Part shown: piece after piece, positions 45,558 through 55,624 of the stretch
Numbering within the stretch: position 1 is the first letter of the stretch
How the letters are laid out: each line of letters begins with the position of its first letter
IMG/VR virus record: IMGVR_UViG_3300013104_000001
Coordinates: 62,001-126,000 of that record
Strand: one strand, 5' to 3'
Length of the DNA: 64,000 bases
Program-made: the position numbers and the translations under genes
The notes under the pieces: model-generated
Seen by the model: the letters and a program-made list of their open reading frames with translations, nothing else
Database searches by the model: none
What the model was told of the DNA's origin: nothing

Positions 45558-46175
45558 ATGAACATCGTCAACAGTATTATCAAACTTGGCTCAGGTAACG
45601 AGCCGTGCACAATAACCATTGATCACGATCAAGAAACCGGCGACGCGAATGCTAAACTCCAATACATGAGTGCCGATATCATCGACATCACCTGGGGTAT
45701 TAAGAAACGTAAGGACACGAAGTTCCGGTTAGGCGCAACAGCACATGGGTTAACCCAGCTCTATTTGTACGTGCATCACAATCTGATCAAAACAGACAGT
45801 CCGTTGGTGCGCGACTACTTCACATGGAAGCGTGAAGAGATCTTAGAGAATATCAAAACACTCGGGATCATCTACAACGGTGATGAGTGGTGGGATAAGC
45901 TCAAACAATCTTTCTTCCGTCTGGCGATTGTTGAACAGAAGTCAGAAACGTTAAAAGCAGTGATGGTCTTAACTAGCGATGCCAAAGAGCATAAAGCTTT
46001 TTACACCATCAGTGCTGATTCCAAACTGACGGGCAGAGAAAATAGTGGCCGGACACAATTACTGGGTGTGAGCACCCGTATCGTCAGTTATTACAATCTG
46101 ACAGAATCACCTGAATCAATTGATTCTATTTTGGCGAAGTACACCCCTGAACACGTTACAGCAAAAGCTGTTTAA
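45558..46175 (+). CDS. hypothetical protein
   Basis: ORF track. Confidence 0.7.
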   Translation: MNIVNSIIKLGSGNEPCTITIDHDQETGDANAKLQYMSADIIDITWGIKKRKDTKFRLGATAHGLTQLYLYVHHNLIKTDSPLVRDYFTWKREEILENIKTLGIIYNGDEWWDKLKQSFFRLAIVEQKSETLKAVMVLTSDAKEHKAFYTISADSKLTGRENSGRTQLLGVSTRIVSYYNLTESPESIDSILAKYTPEHVTAKAV

Positions 46176-46188
46176 AAAGGAACGTAGT

Positions 46189-47817
46189 ATGACTAAGCAG
46201 ATTCAAGATATGGTTTTCGCTATTCGACTCGGCGACAGTACACCTGGTGTTGATTATCGGATGATAAGCCTGGTCAATGACGATGGGCATTTGGTAATCG
46301 AACATCCCGTTCCAACCAATATGTCCAACTACTTACTCAGCCTGCCGACTGACGAGAGCAATAAGAAGTGTGCAGCCTATCTGGCCATTGCTTATAACTA
46401 CACGCGTGACTATCGTGAAGGGTGTGGTGCAGCAGCGGCTGAGTTCGCACGTTCTGCCTGGGCATGTCTTGAGCAGTATGTTGTTGAAAAGGGCCTGGGC
46501 GAATTCACTAACGAAGACTTTACCGATATCACGGTTGTTGACTACATCGATGGATTGCCATCCGCGATGATCACCAGTCCTAACGGCTCTGAAGTTGTTA
46601 TCACATTACGTCGTCAGAATGGTCAGCTGTGGACTGAACACGTTCGTCACTTTACTGATGAAGATGTCATTCCAACAATTGCTGAGCTGTACGAAGAATG
46701 GGGGCAGGCTGATAGCGCACGTCAACAGATCGAACCTGCAGCGGTAATGAGCTTTGGTGAAGTGAACTTCGTCTACGCTGTCGATGTCTCTGAAGCGGCA
46801 CGGGTGCGCCGTGAAGCAGTACTGCAGATCACAGTTGGTGATCGTGTGGTTGTTGAGCAGCGTATCTTTGAAGGTAGCAAACCACTGCTGTACTTCATCC
46901 TGGAAGTATTCAACATGTTGGCGCTGCGTTTTCGTATCGGCAGTGTTGCGACAATCCAGGAAGATGATCGTGTCCTTATCCTGAACGCCATCATCGGTAT
47001 TCTCAGTAACCACATGCGCATGGGCGAGCACGTCCAAATGGAAGCGGGTCTCGTGTACGCGTACGAAGGCAGCATTGATGATCAGGTGACGTATTCGGTC
47101 AGTCATGAACTCACTGCTGAGAATCGCATCAAGGCCATCTATCGCTTCATGCGTATGTCTGATGACACCATGCGTCGCAGTGTGGAAATGGTTGACGAGG
47201 TCGAGTATCTCGAATCACCTATGACCCCAATGGAATTCTACAACGCGTTCCAGGAAAACATTGCGCGTGAGCTCGGTGTTGCACGTCGCTTTGATATCGC
47301 AATGATTGCTGCGGTAGATCAGCAAAATGGTCTGGGTAAAGATAATGAGCTGCTGTTCCGTATTAAAGAAGACATGCAGTACTTTAGAGAGAGTACTCTG
47401 CATTCTCCGGTAATCATGGGACGCAAGACTTATGACTCCTTGCCTAACCCGTTGGTTGATCGTCTGAACATCGTTATTACGTCTCAGCCAATCAAAGACC
47501 ATACTACCAAGTCAGGCGTTGTCTTTGTGAATAGCAAAGAAGAAGCTCTGGCCAAAGCAGTAGGGTATCTGACTGAGAATGGTGGCGATAAGATCTGGAT
47601 CATCGGTGGTGCACAGATCTATGCAATGTTCCTGCCAGATGCATCTGAGTTACATCTGACCATCATCTACGCAGAACGTGAAGATGCGGATACCTTCTTC
47701 CCTGAGTTTAACCACAGCGCGTATGATGCTGAGGCGCTGTTTGAGCAGCATCAGATCATCACACGTGAAGGTGAAGAGATCGCCTACAATCGTTTCATCC
47801 TGCGTCCTAAGTCGTAA
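46189..47817 (+). CDS. large unknown N-terminal region fused to dihydrofolate reductase
   Basis: C-terminal IAAVDQQNGLG…DMQYF…IMGRKTYDSL…LVDRLNIVIT…IIGGAQIY…ADTFFP. Confidence 0.85.
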   Translation: MTKQIQDMVFAIRLGDSTPGVDYRMISLVNDDGHLVIEHPVPTNMSNYLLSLPTDESNKKCAAYLAIAYNYTRDYREGCGAAAAEFARSAWACLEQYVVEKGLGEFTNEDFTDITVVDYIDGLPSAMITSPNGSEVVITLRRQNGQLWTEHVRHFTDEDVIPTIAELYEEWGQADSARQQIEPAAVMSFGEVNFVYAVDVSEAARVRREAVLQITVGDRVVVEQRIFEGSKPLLYFILEVFNMLALRFRIGSVATIQEDDRVLILNAIIGILSNHMRMGEHVQMEAGLVYAYEGSIDDQVTYSVSHELTAENRIKAIYRFMRMSDDTMRRSVEMVDEVEYLESPMTPMEFYNAFQENIARELGVARRFDIAMIAAVDQQNGLGKDNELLFRIKEDMQYFRESTLHSPVIMGRKTYDSLPNPLVDRLNIVITSQPIKDHTTKSGVVFVNSKEEALAKAVGYLTENGGDKIWIIGGAQIYAMFLPDASELHLTIIYAEREDADTFFPEFNHSAYDAEALFEQHQIITREGEEIAYNRFILRPKS

Positions 47818-47871
47818 TTAACTAACCAGGGGGATTAAACGCCCCCTTCTTGTTATATAAGGAAAATTATC

Positions 47872-48483
47872 GTGGCCAAATCATCAGCGTTAAAGAAAGC
47901 AACTGTTCCTGCTATTGTTGAGTTTGCAATGGGCACCAATGTATTCGACTTCGCAGCAACGAAACCGAATGCCGTTATCCTGCTCGATAGCAACACCATC
48001 AGCATTCAGTACACGCCTGCTTTTCATCAATTCAAACCAGAAGTTCAGAAAGCACTGCTGGCAGCAGAACTCACCTCACCCATCCTCAGTTTACAAAGCC
48101 CGTTGTTACCCAATGGTAAAGTCGATACAGAAAGCAACAGCATGGTTATTGCAGCGCTATCTGATAAGACTGAAGCGTACGACGGTAAGAAGCTTGGTCA
48201 CTTACGCGAGTTCCCGGGTGGTTACTTTATCCACACGCATTATCACGGCGGTGCAGGTAGCGACTTCAGCTATGCGCTTTTTGAAGAGTCACTGCGTAAC
48301 TACTGCGAAATGGCTTACCTGATGGGTGCCAAAGATCGTCCAGTTGTTATCAACTTACCTGGCCTGCAGTGTAATTGTGTTTATACTGAAGCCCGTGCAG
48401 TAAAACCACAACATATCGAACGTGTCAAAGAGATCATTGAAAACACCATGTTCGAAAACACCACTGTGTATCTGGTTCTGTAA
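47872..48483 (+). CDS. degenerate macro-domain-like protein
   Basis: FSYALFEESL…INLPGLQC…VKEIIE…VYLV resembles Poa1p-type macro C-half; Gly loops not conserved. Confidence 0.4.
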   Translation: MAKSSALKKATVPAIVEFAMGTNVFDFAATKPNAVILLDSNTISIQYTPAFHQFKPEVQKALLAAELTSPILSLQSPLLPNGKVDTESNSMVIAALSDKTEAYDGKKLGHLREFPGGYFIHTHYHGGAGSDFSYALFEESLRNYCEMAYLMGAKDRPVVINLPGLQCNCVYTEARAVKPQHIERVKEIIENTMFENTTVYLVL

Positions 48484-48484
48484 T

Positions 48485-48928
48485 ATGGTGGTGCTCAATT
48501 CAACGGTCAGCTTTACGGGTGCATTTGCCGTATTGCCTTTCATTAAAGGCCTCGATACTTACTATCCCGAAATCAGTCACTGGTTCATCAATACTGTCAT
48601 TCCAGGTTTATCACTTGGTAGTGACAAATTGATTGTTGCCCGTGACGGGGTAAATATCGCCGGGATCGCATTGGGCAAAATGGGCGATGAATCTAAATTA
48701 CGTTGTGTACGTGTGCATCCTGATTATCAGGGAACCGGGCTTGGGATTCGTTTGATCGATGAGATGTTGGAATTGATTGAAGATGGCAAGCCTGGGGCTA
48801 CGGTCTCAGAAGAGATGCTGCATTTATACAGTCGTCCGTTTATTAAGCGCTATGGGTTTGAGCTCAGCGATGTAAGTAAAGGTCAGTATCGTCGTGGTAA
48901 GCTCGAATACGTATTTAACGGAGCGTGA
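48485..48928 (+). CDS. GNAT acetyltransferase
   Basis: VRVHPDYQGTGLG acetyl-CoA motif A; YGF. Confidence 0.8.
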   Translation: MVVLNSTVSFTGAFAVLPFIKGLDTYYPEISHWFINTVIPGLSLGSDKLIVARDGVNIAGIALGKMGDESKLRCVRVHPDYQGTGLGIRLIDEMLELIEDGKPGATVSEEMLHLYSRPFIKRYGFELSDVSKGQYRRGKLEYVFNGA

Positions 48929-48929
48929 T

Positions 48930-49370
48930 ATGTTAACTGAAATAGTTACACACTGGGCGCACGTGCGTTTGACCTTGGGTGTAGACCCAGACAAACATAT
49001 TCATGTGTTGGTCCCGTGTCAGTTAGACGAACCCATTGACTTCGTCGAACGTTTTGCAAGTGATGCATTCATAAGCGTCATACCTTGCATCTGGTCCTGT
49101 CTTTATCGTCGTGAATTATCTCTGACAAGTTTGGAGTTGATTTACGACCGTGTCACACCTACCATCATCGACTTGATTGATGTCGTCCGTAACTCTTTAA
49201 AAGAAATGGATGATAAGCGCATTGTACTTCTCTCATCTGACGACGCTTTAATGGGCTGGTTAGAAGGCGGCACTAACAGAAATATTAAATGGTGCAACTC
49301 AACACAATTTATCCACAGTAAACAGCCCTACATGGTGTTTACAGTTACGGAGTATGCAGATGGTGATTGA
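48930..49370 (+). CDS. hypothetical protein
   Basis: GGAG RBS, ATG 48930. Confidence 0.6.
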   Translation: MLTEIVTHWAHVRLTLGVDPDKHIHVLVPCQLDEPIDFVERFASDAFISVIPCIWSCLYRRELSLTSLELIYDRVTPTIIDLIDVVRNSLKEMDDKRIVLLSSDDALMGWLEGGTNRNIKWCNSTQFIHSKQPYMVFTVTEYADGD

Positions 49371-49785
49371 ACCGTGTCCACTCTGCGCATCAAAAGCCCA
49401 TACGTTTAAGTTCGCGCTGGTATTCTGGGGTGTGAAGTGTAGCAGTTGCATGCTCGTGCTAAAAGATATGAACACGTCTGAAGCCAGTGCAATTAAGCAA
49501 TGGGACACGCGCATCTCACCGGAAGAGAAAGCCGCTAAGAAAGGGAAGAAAGCCAAAGCTAAAAGCAAAGGTGATTTCGTGTTCTATGTGGATGGTGAAC
49601 TGATCTCTGTTTGGTCGTATGAAGAACACATCCCGCACGAGCTAAGCCTGAAGCATAGTTTATTCATATCTGATACAATTACAGCGGAACGTGCGATTCG
49701 TCATAGCTGTGCCAGCCGACAGATGGTTACCTGGAATTGCAACGGTCATTGTAAGTTAGTGTTTAGACCAATTGAAAAGGAATGA
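49354..49785 (+). CDS. Lar-like zinc-ribbon protein
   Basis: PCPLC…CSSC…AIKQWDTR. Confidence 0.6.
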   Translation: MQMVIEPCPLCASKAHTFKFALVFWGVKCSSCMLVLKDMNTSEASAIKQWDTRISPEEKAAKKGKKAKAKSKGDFVFYVDGELISVWSYEEHIPHELSLKHSLFISDTITAERAIRHSCASRQMVTWNCNGHCKLVFRPIEKE

Positions 49786-50102
49786 TCATGTTGAAAAAAG
49801 TGTTATTGAGTCTGGTAGTCTGTACCGCACTCTCTGGTTGTAATTCAGCAGAATCAGACAACGTCCCGGTCAAGTCCGTCGAAGGCAAGATCATCAGCAA
49901 TGATGTCTGTCAAGCCGGTCGTAAGTGCGAAGCGGTTATTGCACGTGATGGCGAGGCCTGGACATACCAGTTGGTTGAAGGGCCTTTTAAGAAAGGTGAT
50001 AAAGTCTTTAAGGCTTGTGCGTACTACCCCAATCGAGAACGTTGCTCTACCGTTTGGTCATCGATACCTGACCAGTTTATCCCACCTGAATCAAAGAAAT
50101 AA
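49782..50102 (+). CDS. putative lipoprotein
   Basis: lipobox LSGC. Confidence 0.7.
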   Translation: MIMLKKVLLSLVVCTALSGCNSAESDNVPVKSVEGKIISNDVCQAGRKCEAVIARDGEAWTYQLVEGPFKKGDKVFKACAYYPNRERCSTVWSSIPDQFIPPESKK

Positions 50103-50168
50103 CTAACAGTCCGGCACGGGATAACCTGTGCCGTTTAATTTAATTAAATAAATGTAAGGTTACCTGCC

Positions 50169-51542
50169 ATGACATCCCACATCAAAGATACTACTGTTGA
50201 CACCTCTACGCAGTTCAGTGATGAACTGGCTGAACTTATTGAAACTTATGTTGCTGACCGTTTCACCGTTATGGATGATGCGGTTCTCGAAAAGCTTTAT
50301 GTCGACCTGCCCGATATTGCTTATCTGAAAGGGATGGTCAAAGGTCTGCGTCGTAACCTCGCACGTCAAGCTGCAGAGATCAATATTGAAGATGCTTATC
50401 CTAAAATTAATGCAGGATCAATGGCAGAAGCATTAGAGCAGGCTAAAACACAGATGCTCAATGTTGAAGAACAATACCCGAAAGTGCATACGGTCGGCAA
50501 TAAATCACTGACTGTTGAAAACGTGACGGAGATTCTGGGTAAAGACAATCCAGATAAATCGCCTGAACAAGTAACTGAAGAAGCAACCAAGCTCGTTGAA
50601 GCGCATCAGGCTGCTGAGAAGGCACCACTGTCAATGGCGGAATTGATGTTGCTTTCTTCTGGCATGAACTTTGATAAACCTCAGATTCATGAGAAGAGCC
50701 ATGAGGATGAGTGGGAGGATGAGAGTGTCCAGCCTGCACATCTACTGAATCAGGACCCGGCAGCCACTCATCGTGTGCAATCTACCCGTGAATTCCTGGA
50801 GCCCCACTTCAGTCGTATGTTACAGACACATTATCCTCAGCAGCAAAATGGTTTAAGTAATCGTGACATGCGTGCTCTGACTGTGACAAAAGAAGATCTG
50901 CAGAAACTGGCAGCGCCTGAAGTGAAATTCGAATCTCGGGTTAATGAAAACCGCGCACCGAAGATTGATCGTAACTTTCGTAGCAATCTGTCTCGTTACG
51001 GTATTGCTCAGGCAACCCTTGCTGACATTACCAGTAATGCACGGCCAGGCGGCATGTTCTCAGCGGATACACTGAAGCACTCTAAGAACAAAGATCTGCT
51101 CTTAGTGCGCTCTCCGGTGACTCGTCCTCGTGAACACCTGCAGTTATTGGAAAGTACTGATCCGCAGTATTACCAGTATATGTGGATGGCGTTCGAAGAA
51201 GCCTTGTCGATCATTCTGGCGGATACCACACTGCCTGATAACCAAGCACGTCGTTTAGATGATGAGCTGTTGATCGAACGCTTCGGTGTCGAGACTGCAT
51301 CTGCAGTACAAGTCATGACAGCTATTGGTAATCGCGACTTACTGCATGTTGAGAATGTCAATACGTGTATTCGTTTGCTTACTGACAAGTTTACCGGTGT
51401 GAAACTCTACACAGGTGACAAAGTCATGGTTGATGGTGTGTGGGCTAAGACGTGGACGCATGCTACATTGAAAACACCGAAAGGTCGTTTTGTATTTGGC
51501 GATGAAGGAGAAAACATCGTATGGCAAACTCCGGCGAATTGA
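50169..51542 (+). CDS. hypothetical protein
   Basis: 457-aa ORF with AAGG RBS. Confidence 0.75.
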   Translation: MTSHIKDTTVDTSTQFSDELAELIETYVADRFTVMDDAVLEKLYVDLPDIAYLKGMVKGLRRNLARQAAEINIEDAYPKINAGSMAEALEQAKTQMLNVEEQYPKVHTVGNKSLTVENVTEILGKDNPDKSPEQVTEEATKLVEAHQAAEKAPLSMAELMLLSSGMNFDKPQIHEKSHEDEWEDESVQPAHLLNQDPAATHRVQSTREFLEPHFSRMLQTHYPQQQNGLSNRDMRALTVTKEDLQKLAAPEVKFESRVNENRAPKIDRNFRSNLSRYGIAQATLADITSNARPGGMFSADTLKHSKNKDLLLVRSPVTRPREHLQLLESTDPQYYQYMWMAFEEALSIILADTTLPDNQARRLDDELLIERFGVETASAVQVMTAIGNRDLLHVENVNTCIRLLTDKFTGVKLYTGDKVMVDGVWAKTWTHATLKTPKGRFVFGDEGENIVWQTPAN

Positions 51543-51544
51543 TT

Positions 51545-51844
51545 ATGTGGGATAAACTACTGCGGGCCCTGACGTTAGTGGCTACGACGGATACCATCCC
51601 AGATAAAGAGACACGTTGCTTATCTGTACCACAGGTTCATCATCATTTAAAGTCCTGTGTACGCCGGGCCGTAACACGCATTGATGCTATCGTTGCTCAA
51701 CAGATCACGGGTGATGACACGTATGCTGAACTTGATCGCCTTATAAAGGAAGCGGGTTTAGAAGTGAAGGTGACACGTTTCACAGGCGGTAGTTTCAATC
51801 ATGGCAAAATAGCTACACCGAAGGGTTTTATTCTTTATGGTTAA
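51545..51844 (+). CDS. hypothetical protein
   Basis: C-terminus TPKGFILYG echoes TPKGRFVFG of the upstream ORF. Confidence 0.6.
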   Translation: MWDKLLRALTLVATTDTIPDKETRCLSVPQVHHHLKSCVRRAVTRIDAIVAQQITGDDTYAELDRLIKEAGLEVKVTRFTGGSFNHGKIATPKGFILYG

Positions 51845-52130
51845 TGATCCAGCAGTACTTCGGGCATTGATGTACATTGACGAACTCGAGCATACGTTAG
51901 TTGCATTGCAGCTTGCTAAAGCGAGTGCCGAGTATGATAACCGGTTGTATGGGTTATCGGTAAAAGACACGGATGAATTAATCAAGCGTTGTGCTCGTGC
52001 ACTTTATGTAAAAGCCAAGTTTGATCCGACCCGTGATCTGTTATTAAAAGTAATGGCTGATCGTACGCCATTAAAAGTAGTAATCGATAAGCAGGATGAG
52101 TACTACCGAGTAATCGGCAAAACGACATAA
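51837..52130 (+). CDS. hypothetical protein
   Basis: ends at the bidirectional hairpin. Confidence 0.6.
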   Translation: MVNDPAVLRALMYIDELEHTLVALQLAKASAEYDNRLYGLSVKDTDELIKRCARALYVKAKFDPTRDLLLKVMADRTPLKVVIDKQDEYYRVIGKTT

Positions 52131-52132
52131 GT

Positions 52133-52185
52133 CGGCATAGAGGAAGGCATGTGCCTTCCTCTAGCCTTTATGCCATCTTTTTTTT
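52133..52185. terminator. bidirectional hairpin carrying the TATGCC tag on both strands
   Basis: TAGAGGAAGGCA-TG-TGCCTTCCTCTA; TTATGCCA on + (52168-52175), CTATGCCG on - (52140-52133); between convergent genes. Confidence 0.8.
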
Positions 52186-54342
52186 TTACCAATCTAACGC
52201 TTTGTTACCGCGAGGTGATCCGACCGATACAGGCACGTCATCGCAAATAAGTTCTTGTGCTTCCAGGTCATCTAACCAGGCTTCCATTGAGGCGGACAGG
52301 AAACGGTGGTCAGTTTGGTCTGACTGTGAGAACAATGACTTATAATAGGTATCGTCTGCAAAGGCTTCTAGACCCACTGATTCAGCGATCTCAGTAACGT
52401 CGATAGTTGATCCATAACGATCAAGACCCATCAACTGATCAACCTGGGTTTTAGACCAGGCCATGATATCTTCAGAACGGGTTGAGATGTTCGGAAGGTT
52501 ACCGGTGTCCAATACAAAGTTGTAGATATACACATCGTCTTCTTGACCGATACGGTGCATACGAGATACCGCTTGTTCGTAGTGATGGAAACGCCAAGGT
52601 TTGTTAATCATCAACCCAGTGTTAGCCTCGACTATTGGAACAGCTTCAGCCAATGAGCGATAGGTTGCGACACCCGGATTAGCTGACTCGATGTTGCGCA
52701 GCTTTGCAACCATCTCCACAAGATCTTTGTTCGTCTCGCCGTAAACCACAACTGGACTGTATCCAAGCTGACGGCAGATATCTGCAGTTCTTTCCAGTGC
52801 AGGTACAAAGTCAGTGAAGATCAACGTCTTCTTCTTGGCGTTGTCGATGTATGTACCAAACGGAATGGCCTCAACGAGCTCTACGTGACACTGAGTGCGT
52901 TCTTTACCAAGTACCCTACCCAGACACTCCCCTTTGATCTTCAAGTCAACATACTTGATAACAGAGCGGGCATCTTTGAACGGCTTACGCATTGCCTCAG
53001 GGATGGTGGGGATAATCCGCTTGAGTTCGTAGTCGTTACAGTACTTGCTGTACGGACTCATCCATTCAGCCTGGAACCCCTGCTTGATAAACATCTCAAC
53101 ATACTCGTTGTACTTCTTGAAGTCCTCTTTCTCAGCAGGCGTCTTCAGCGTCCTTTCGAAGTAGTGGAGTGCGTCATCGTAGATCCGTTGATAAACAGGT
53201 TTGTTCTTGGTGTAGTACTCGAAGCGTTCTTTAATAAAGGCCATCATGATACGCTGGATGTTTTCCAAGGTATAATGCGCGCCATTCTTGATCTTCACCC
53301 TTACGGTAGTTTCGAAAGGTTTGGTATCCATGAAACGCGACTTCGGCACAGAGAAGCTTACAATACCCAAACGGTTCGCCAGGATGTCGTTCGCTTTGGT
53401 CGCTGTCTTACCCCAAATCTTACGCATGGCGAGTTCAACGCCGTCATTGAAACCTGGGATTATGCTACGGAACAACGGAACAGCTTCGGTGCCCATGGCG
53501 GTCATGGCGGTACCGGATGCCCAGACGATATCTTCAGACTTCGATTCGGTGCAGACGTCAATAAAGGTTTGGGTACGGATGGATTCTTTGGTTTTCTGGT
53601 TGAGGTTGTGTGACTCATCCAGGATGATCCCGACATTGGAGAAGCGATGTTCTTTTACCAATGCCAGTACTTCATCTAAACTTTCGTAATGTGCAACAAT
53701 CCACTTGGTACCTTTTACGTAAGGTTGCTTGTACTCAGCGACCCAAACCTGTTGCGGGGTAGTCAGCTCGGTTGTGATAGTCCTTTCCCAGACATCACGG
53801 GTGGCTTTCTTTGGCGCGATCACAATGACGTAATCTTTCTTACGACACAACATCGTCATGATTGAGCACAGGGTTTTACCCGCACCAGGTGCAGCAGCCA
53901 ACAACGCACCGCGTAGACGATACCGTGGCTTAGCGGTGTTGTAATAGTTCAGCCAGTTACGCTGTTCAGGTAATGGTGGCTTCTTAACGAACTTCAGCTG
54001 GGACAAATCGACGATGTCTTCGAAAGGTGCATCGATATCCCGCATCCAGGTATTCTTCTTTAACAGATCAAGGATCTTACCAAGACCGCGACGATCTGAA
54101 TACGTCTTATCGTGATCGTACAATCTTTGTAGAATGTACTGAACTTCGATTGCGAAGAAACTGTGGAAGACAATCTTACTTGAAGTAATTTCTTTAAAGA
54201 TCCAACCTGCGACTTTTGACGTCTTCCAGATCTTCTGAATGTCGCGTGTTACCAAAGGAGCATTGAAGCCGGTGATGGTAATTAGGTCGTTCTTTTCTTC
54301 GACATTAATAAGGCCTAATGCCTTACGTAAATAATCAAACAT
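52186..54342 (-). CDS. SF2 (SNF2/DEAD-like) helicase
   Basis: APGAGKT Walker A, LDESH motif II, SGT motif III, QAVSRMHRIGQ motif VI. Confidence 0.88.
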   Translation of the reverse strand: MFDYLRKALGLINVEEKNDLITITGFNAPLVTRDIQKIWKTSKVAGWIFKEITSSKIVFHSFFAIEVQYILQRLYDHDKTYSDRRGLGKILDLLKKNTWMRDIDAPFEDIVDLSQLKFVKKPPLPEQRNWLNYYNTAKPRYRLRGALLAAAPGAGKTLCSIMTMLCRKKDYVIVIAPKKATRDVWERTITTELTTPQQVWVAEYKQPYVKGTKWIVAHYESLDEVLALVKEHRFSNVGIILDESHNLNQKTKESIRTQTFIDVCTESKSEDIVWASGTAMTAMGTEAVPLFRSIIPGFNDGVELAMRKIWGKTATKANDILANRLGIVSFSVPKSRFMDTKPFETTVRVKIKNGAHYTLENIQRIMMAFIKERFEYYTKNKPVYQRIYDDALHYFERTLKTPAEKEDFKKYNEYVEMFIKQGFQAEWMSPYSKYCNDYELKRIIPTIPEAMRKPFKDARSVIKYVDLKIKGECLGRVLGKERTQCHVELVEAIPFGTYIDNAKKKTLIFTDFVPALERTADICRQLGYSPVVVYGETNKDLVEMVAKLRNIESANPGVATYRSLAEAVPIVEANTGLMINKPWRFHHYEQAVSRMHRIGQEDDVYIYNFVLDTGNLPNISTRSEDIMAWSKTQVDQLMGLDRYGSTIDVTEIAESVGLEAFADDTYYKSLFSQSDQTDHRFLSASMEAWLDDLEAQELICDDVPVSVGSPRGNKALDW

Positions 54343-54417
54343 AGCAAAGCCCCTTGGGAATGTTAAATCATACTAAACCGGCCTATAGAATAGCGATGTG
54401 GTTCTAATCTCAGTATT

Positions 54418-54442
54418 TCTCATGCCTACATTACATAGGTGA
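54418..54442 (+). promoter_or_regulatory. putative phage-RNAP (early) promoter
   Basis: TCTCATG-CCTACATTAC-atag-GTGA. Confidence 0.7.
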
Positions 54443-54538
54443 TATGTGGTGCAACACAATGTGCCATATTGAGTTGGGTATACTAAAACTTTATTCATTA
54501 TAGAGTTTTATTACGCTAACAACATGAGGGGGATCTGT

Positions 54539-54610
54539 ATGGATCGATTAGTTATCTTTATTTTAGTTATCGTTGCATTTGTAGTCACTGTGGTGACCAA
54601 TGTGACGTAA
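54539..54610 (+). CDS. 23-aa hydrophobic peptide (not in ORF track)
   Basis: GAGGGGG RBS; MDRLVIFILVIVAFVVTVVTNVT. Confidence 0.6.
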   Translation: MDRLVIFILVIVAFVVTVVTNVT

Positions 54611-54622
54611 AAGGAGCGGGGA

Positions 54623-55036
54623 ATGAACAGCCCTACAATGACTGTGCGAAGTATGGTAGATGACATGTTGTCACACGCCAAAAACAATTACCCAGATGTA
54701 ACGCAGCTAGCAATGAAGGTCGTCTATATTCAGAATGAGAATGCAAAATACATTGTGAATATCACAACGGCAGCTGGAGTGGTGCCATTCACTGATGAGT
54801 GTCAGATGGATGTTATGGGAGTTGTAGAAGCGGAAGTGGCAAAGATCACTACACGCGAACGCAACAGACCCAATGTAGGCGAGGTTGATATCGCCAGCAA
54901 TACCACGATCCAGCTGTATACAAAGTTTAGGCACATCTTTGGGCCTCGACCCATTATCACAGTGAAATTGGGTTATCTTGATCCACACAACTCTAACGTA
55001 AACAGAGTAACGGTGGAATTAGACTACACTTACTAA
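54623..55036 (+). CDS. hypothetical protein
   Basis: AAGGAG RBS. Confidence 0.7.
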   Translation: MNSPTMTVRSMVDDMLSHAKNNYPDVTQLAMKVVYIQNENAKYIVNITTAAGVVPFTDECQMDVMGVVEAEVAKITTRERNRPNVGEVDIASNTTIQLYTKFRHIFGPRPIITVKLGYLDPHNSNVNRVTVELDYTY

Positions 55037-55048
55037 GGGTTTGACTAC

Positions 55049-55624
55049 ATGTTAAACAAAATCATAAACGAAAACGTAGGGCGTCTAGGGCTAAAGTCCT
55101 GGGAAAATTGTGAGGAATATCTTCTGCGGTTAACGCAGGGGGTCAAACGTGACATCATGCGCGAAGTTAAGCAGTATGGTGGTCAACTCACATTCCGGGT
55201 TGCGATTCGTAATACTCTGGGCTACAACAAAACCGACGGCGTCTTTCATGACGTCCAGGTTGTCGTCACCTGTTCGGCAACCACTCGGGAATTGAAGGAA
55301 ACTGTACGTTTGCCAGTGGGTGTCACTAATCCACTAATTTCACTGCAAGGTACATTAAAGCACATTGCCATGCGTGCTAACATGATTCGTAACTATACTG
55401 CGCTTAAAAGTGGCGTAGATCAGTTACGTGTCCAGCTCACTGAGCAACTTAATGACATGATGAAAACACACCGCGCGGTCGTGTCGATTTATGCCAACAC
55501 AACAGGGCAGGCTGAAGTCTCTGCCGAATTTCTGCAAACCAGTGGTCCGACTATGGCTGCTCTGTTTGAGAAACTCTCCCAGCGTGCTCCATTAACCGGT
55601 CTGTCTGCTTCGCCGTCTGTGTAA
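55049..55624 (+). CDS. hypothetical protein
   Basis: AAGGG RBS. Confidence 0.7.
   Translation: MLNKIINENVGRLGLKSWENCEEYLLRLTQGVKRDIMREVKQYGGQLTFRVAIRNTLGYNKTDGVFHDVQVVVTCSATTRELKETVRLPVGVTNPLISLQGTLKHIAMRANMIRNYTALKSGVDQLRVQLTEQLNDMMKTHRAVVSIYANTTGQAEVSAEFLQTSGPTMAALFEKLSQRAPLTGLSASPSV

Noticed and set aside
48485-48928. GNAT as the toxin of a TA pair
   Set aside because: No adjacent RHH/DUF1778 antitoxin gene; it looks like a stand-alone phage GNAT.
51085-51150. DLLLVRSPVTRP as an RNAP NRxP-like motif in ORF 50169
   Set aside because: Too short and degenerate; no flanking beta' motifs.
52885-53689. Plus-strand ORFs within the helicase
   Set aside because: Antisense to a gene with complete SF2 motifs.
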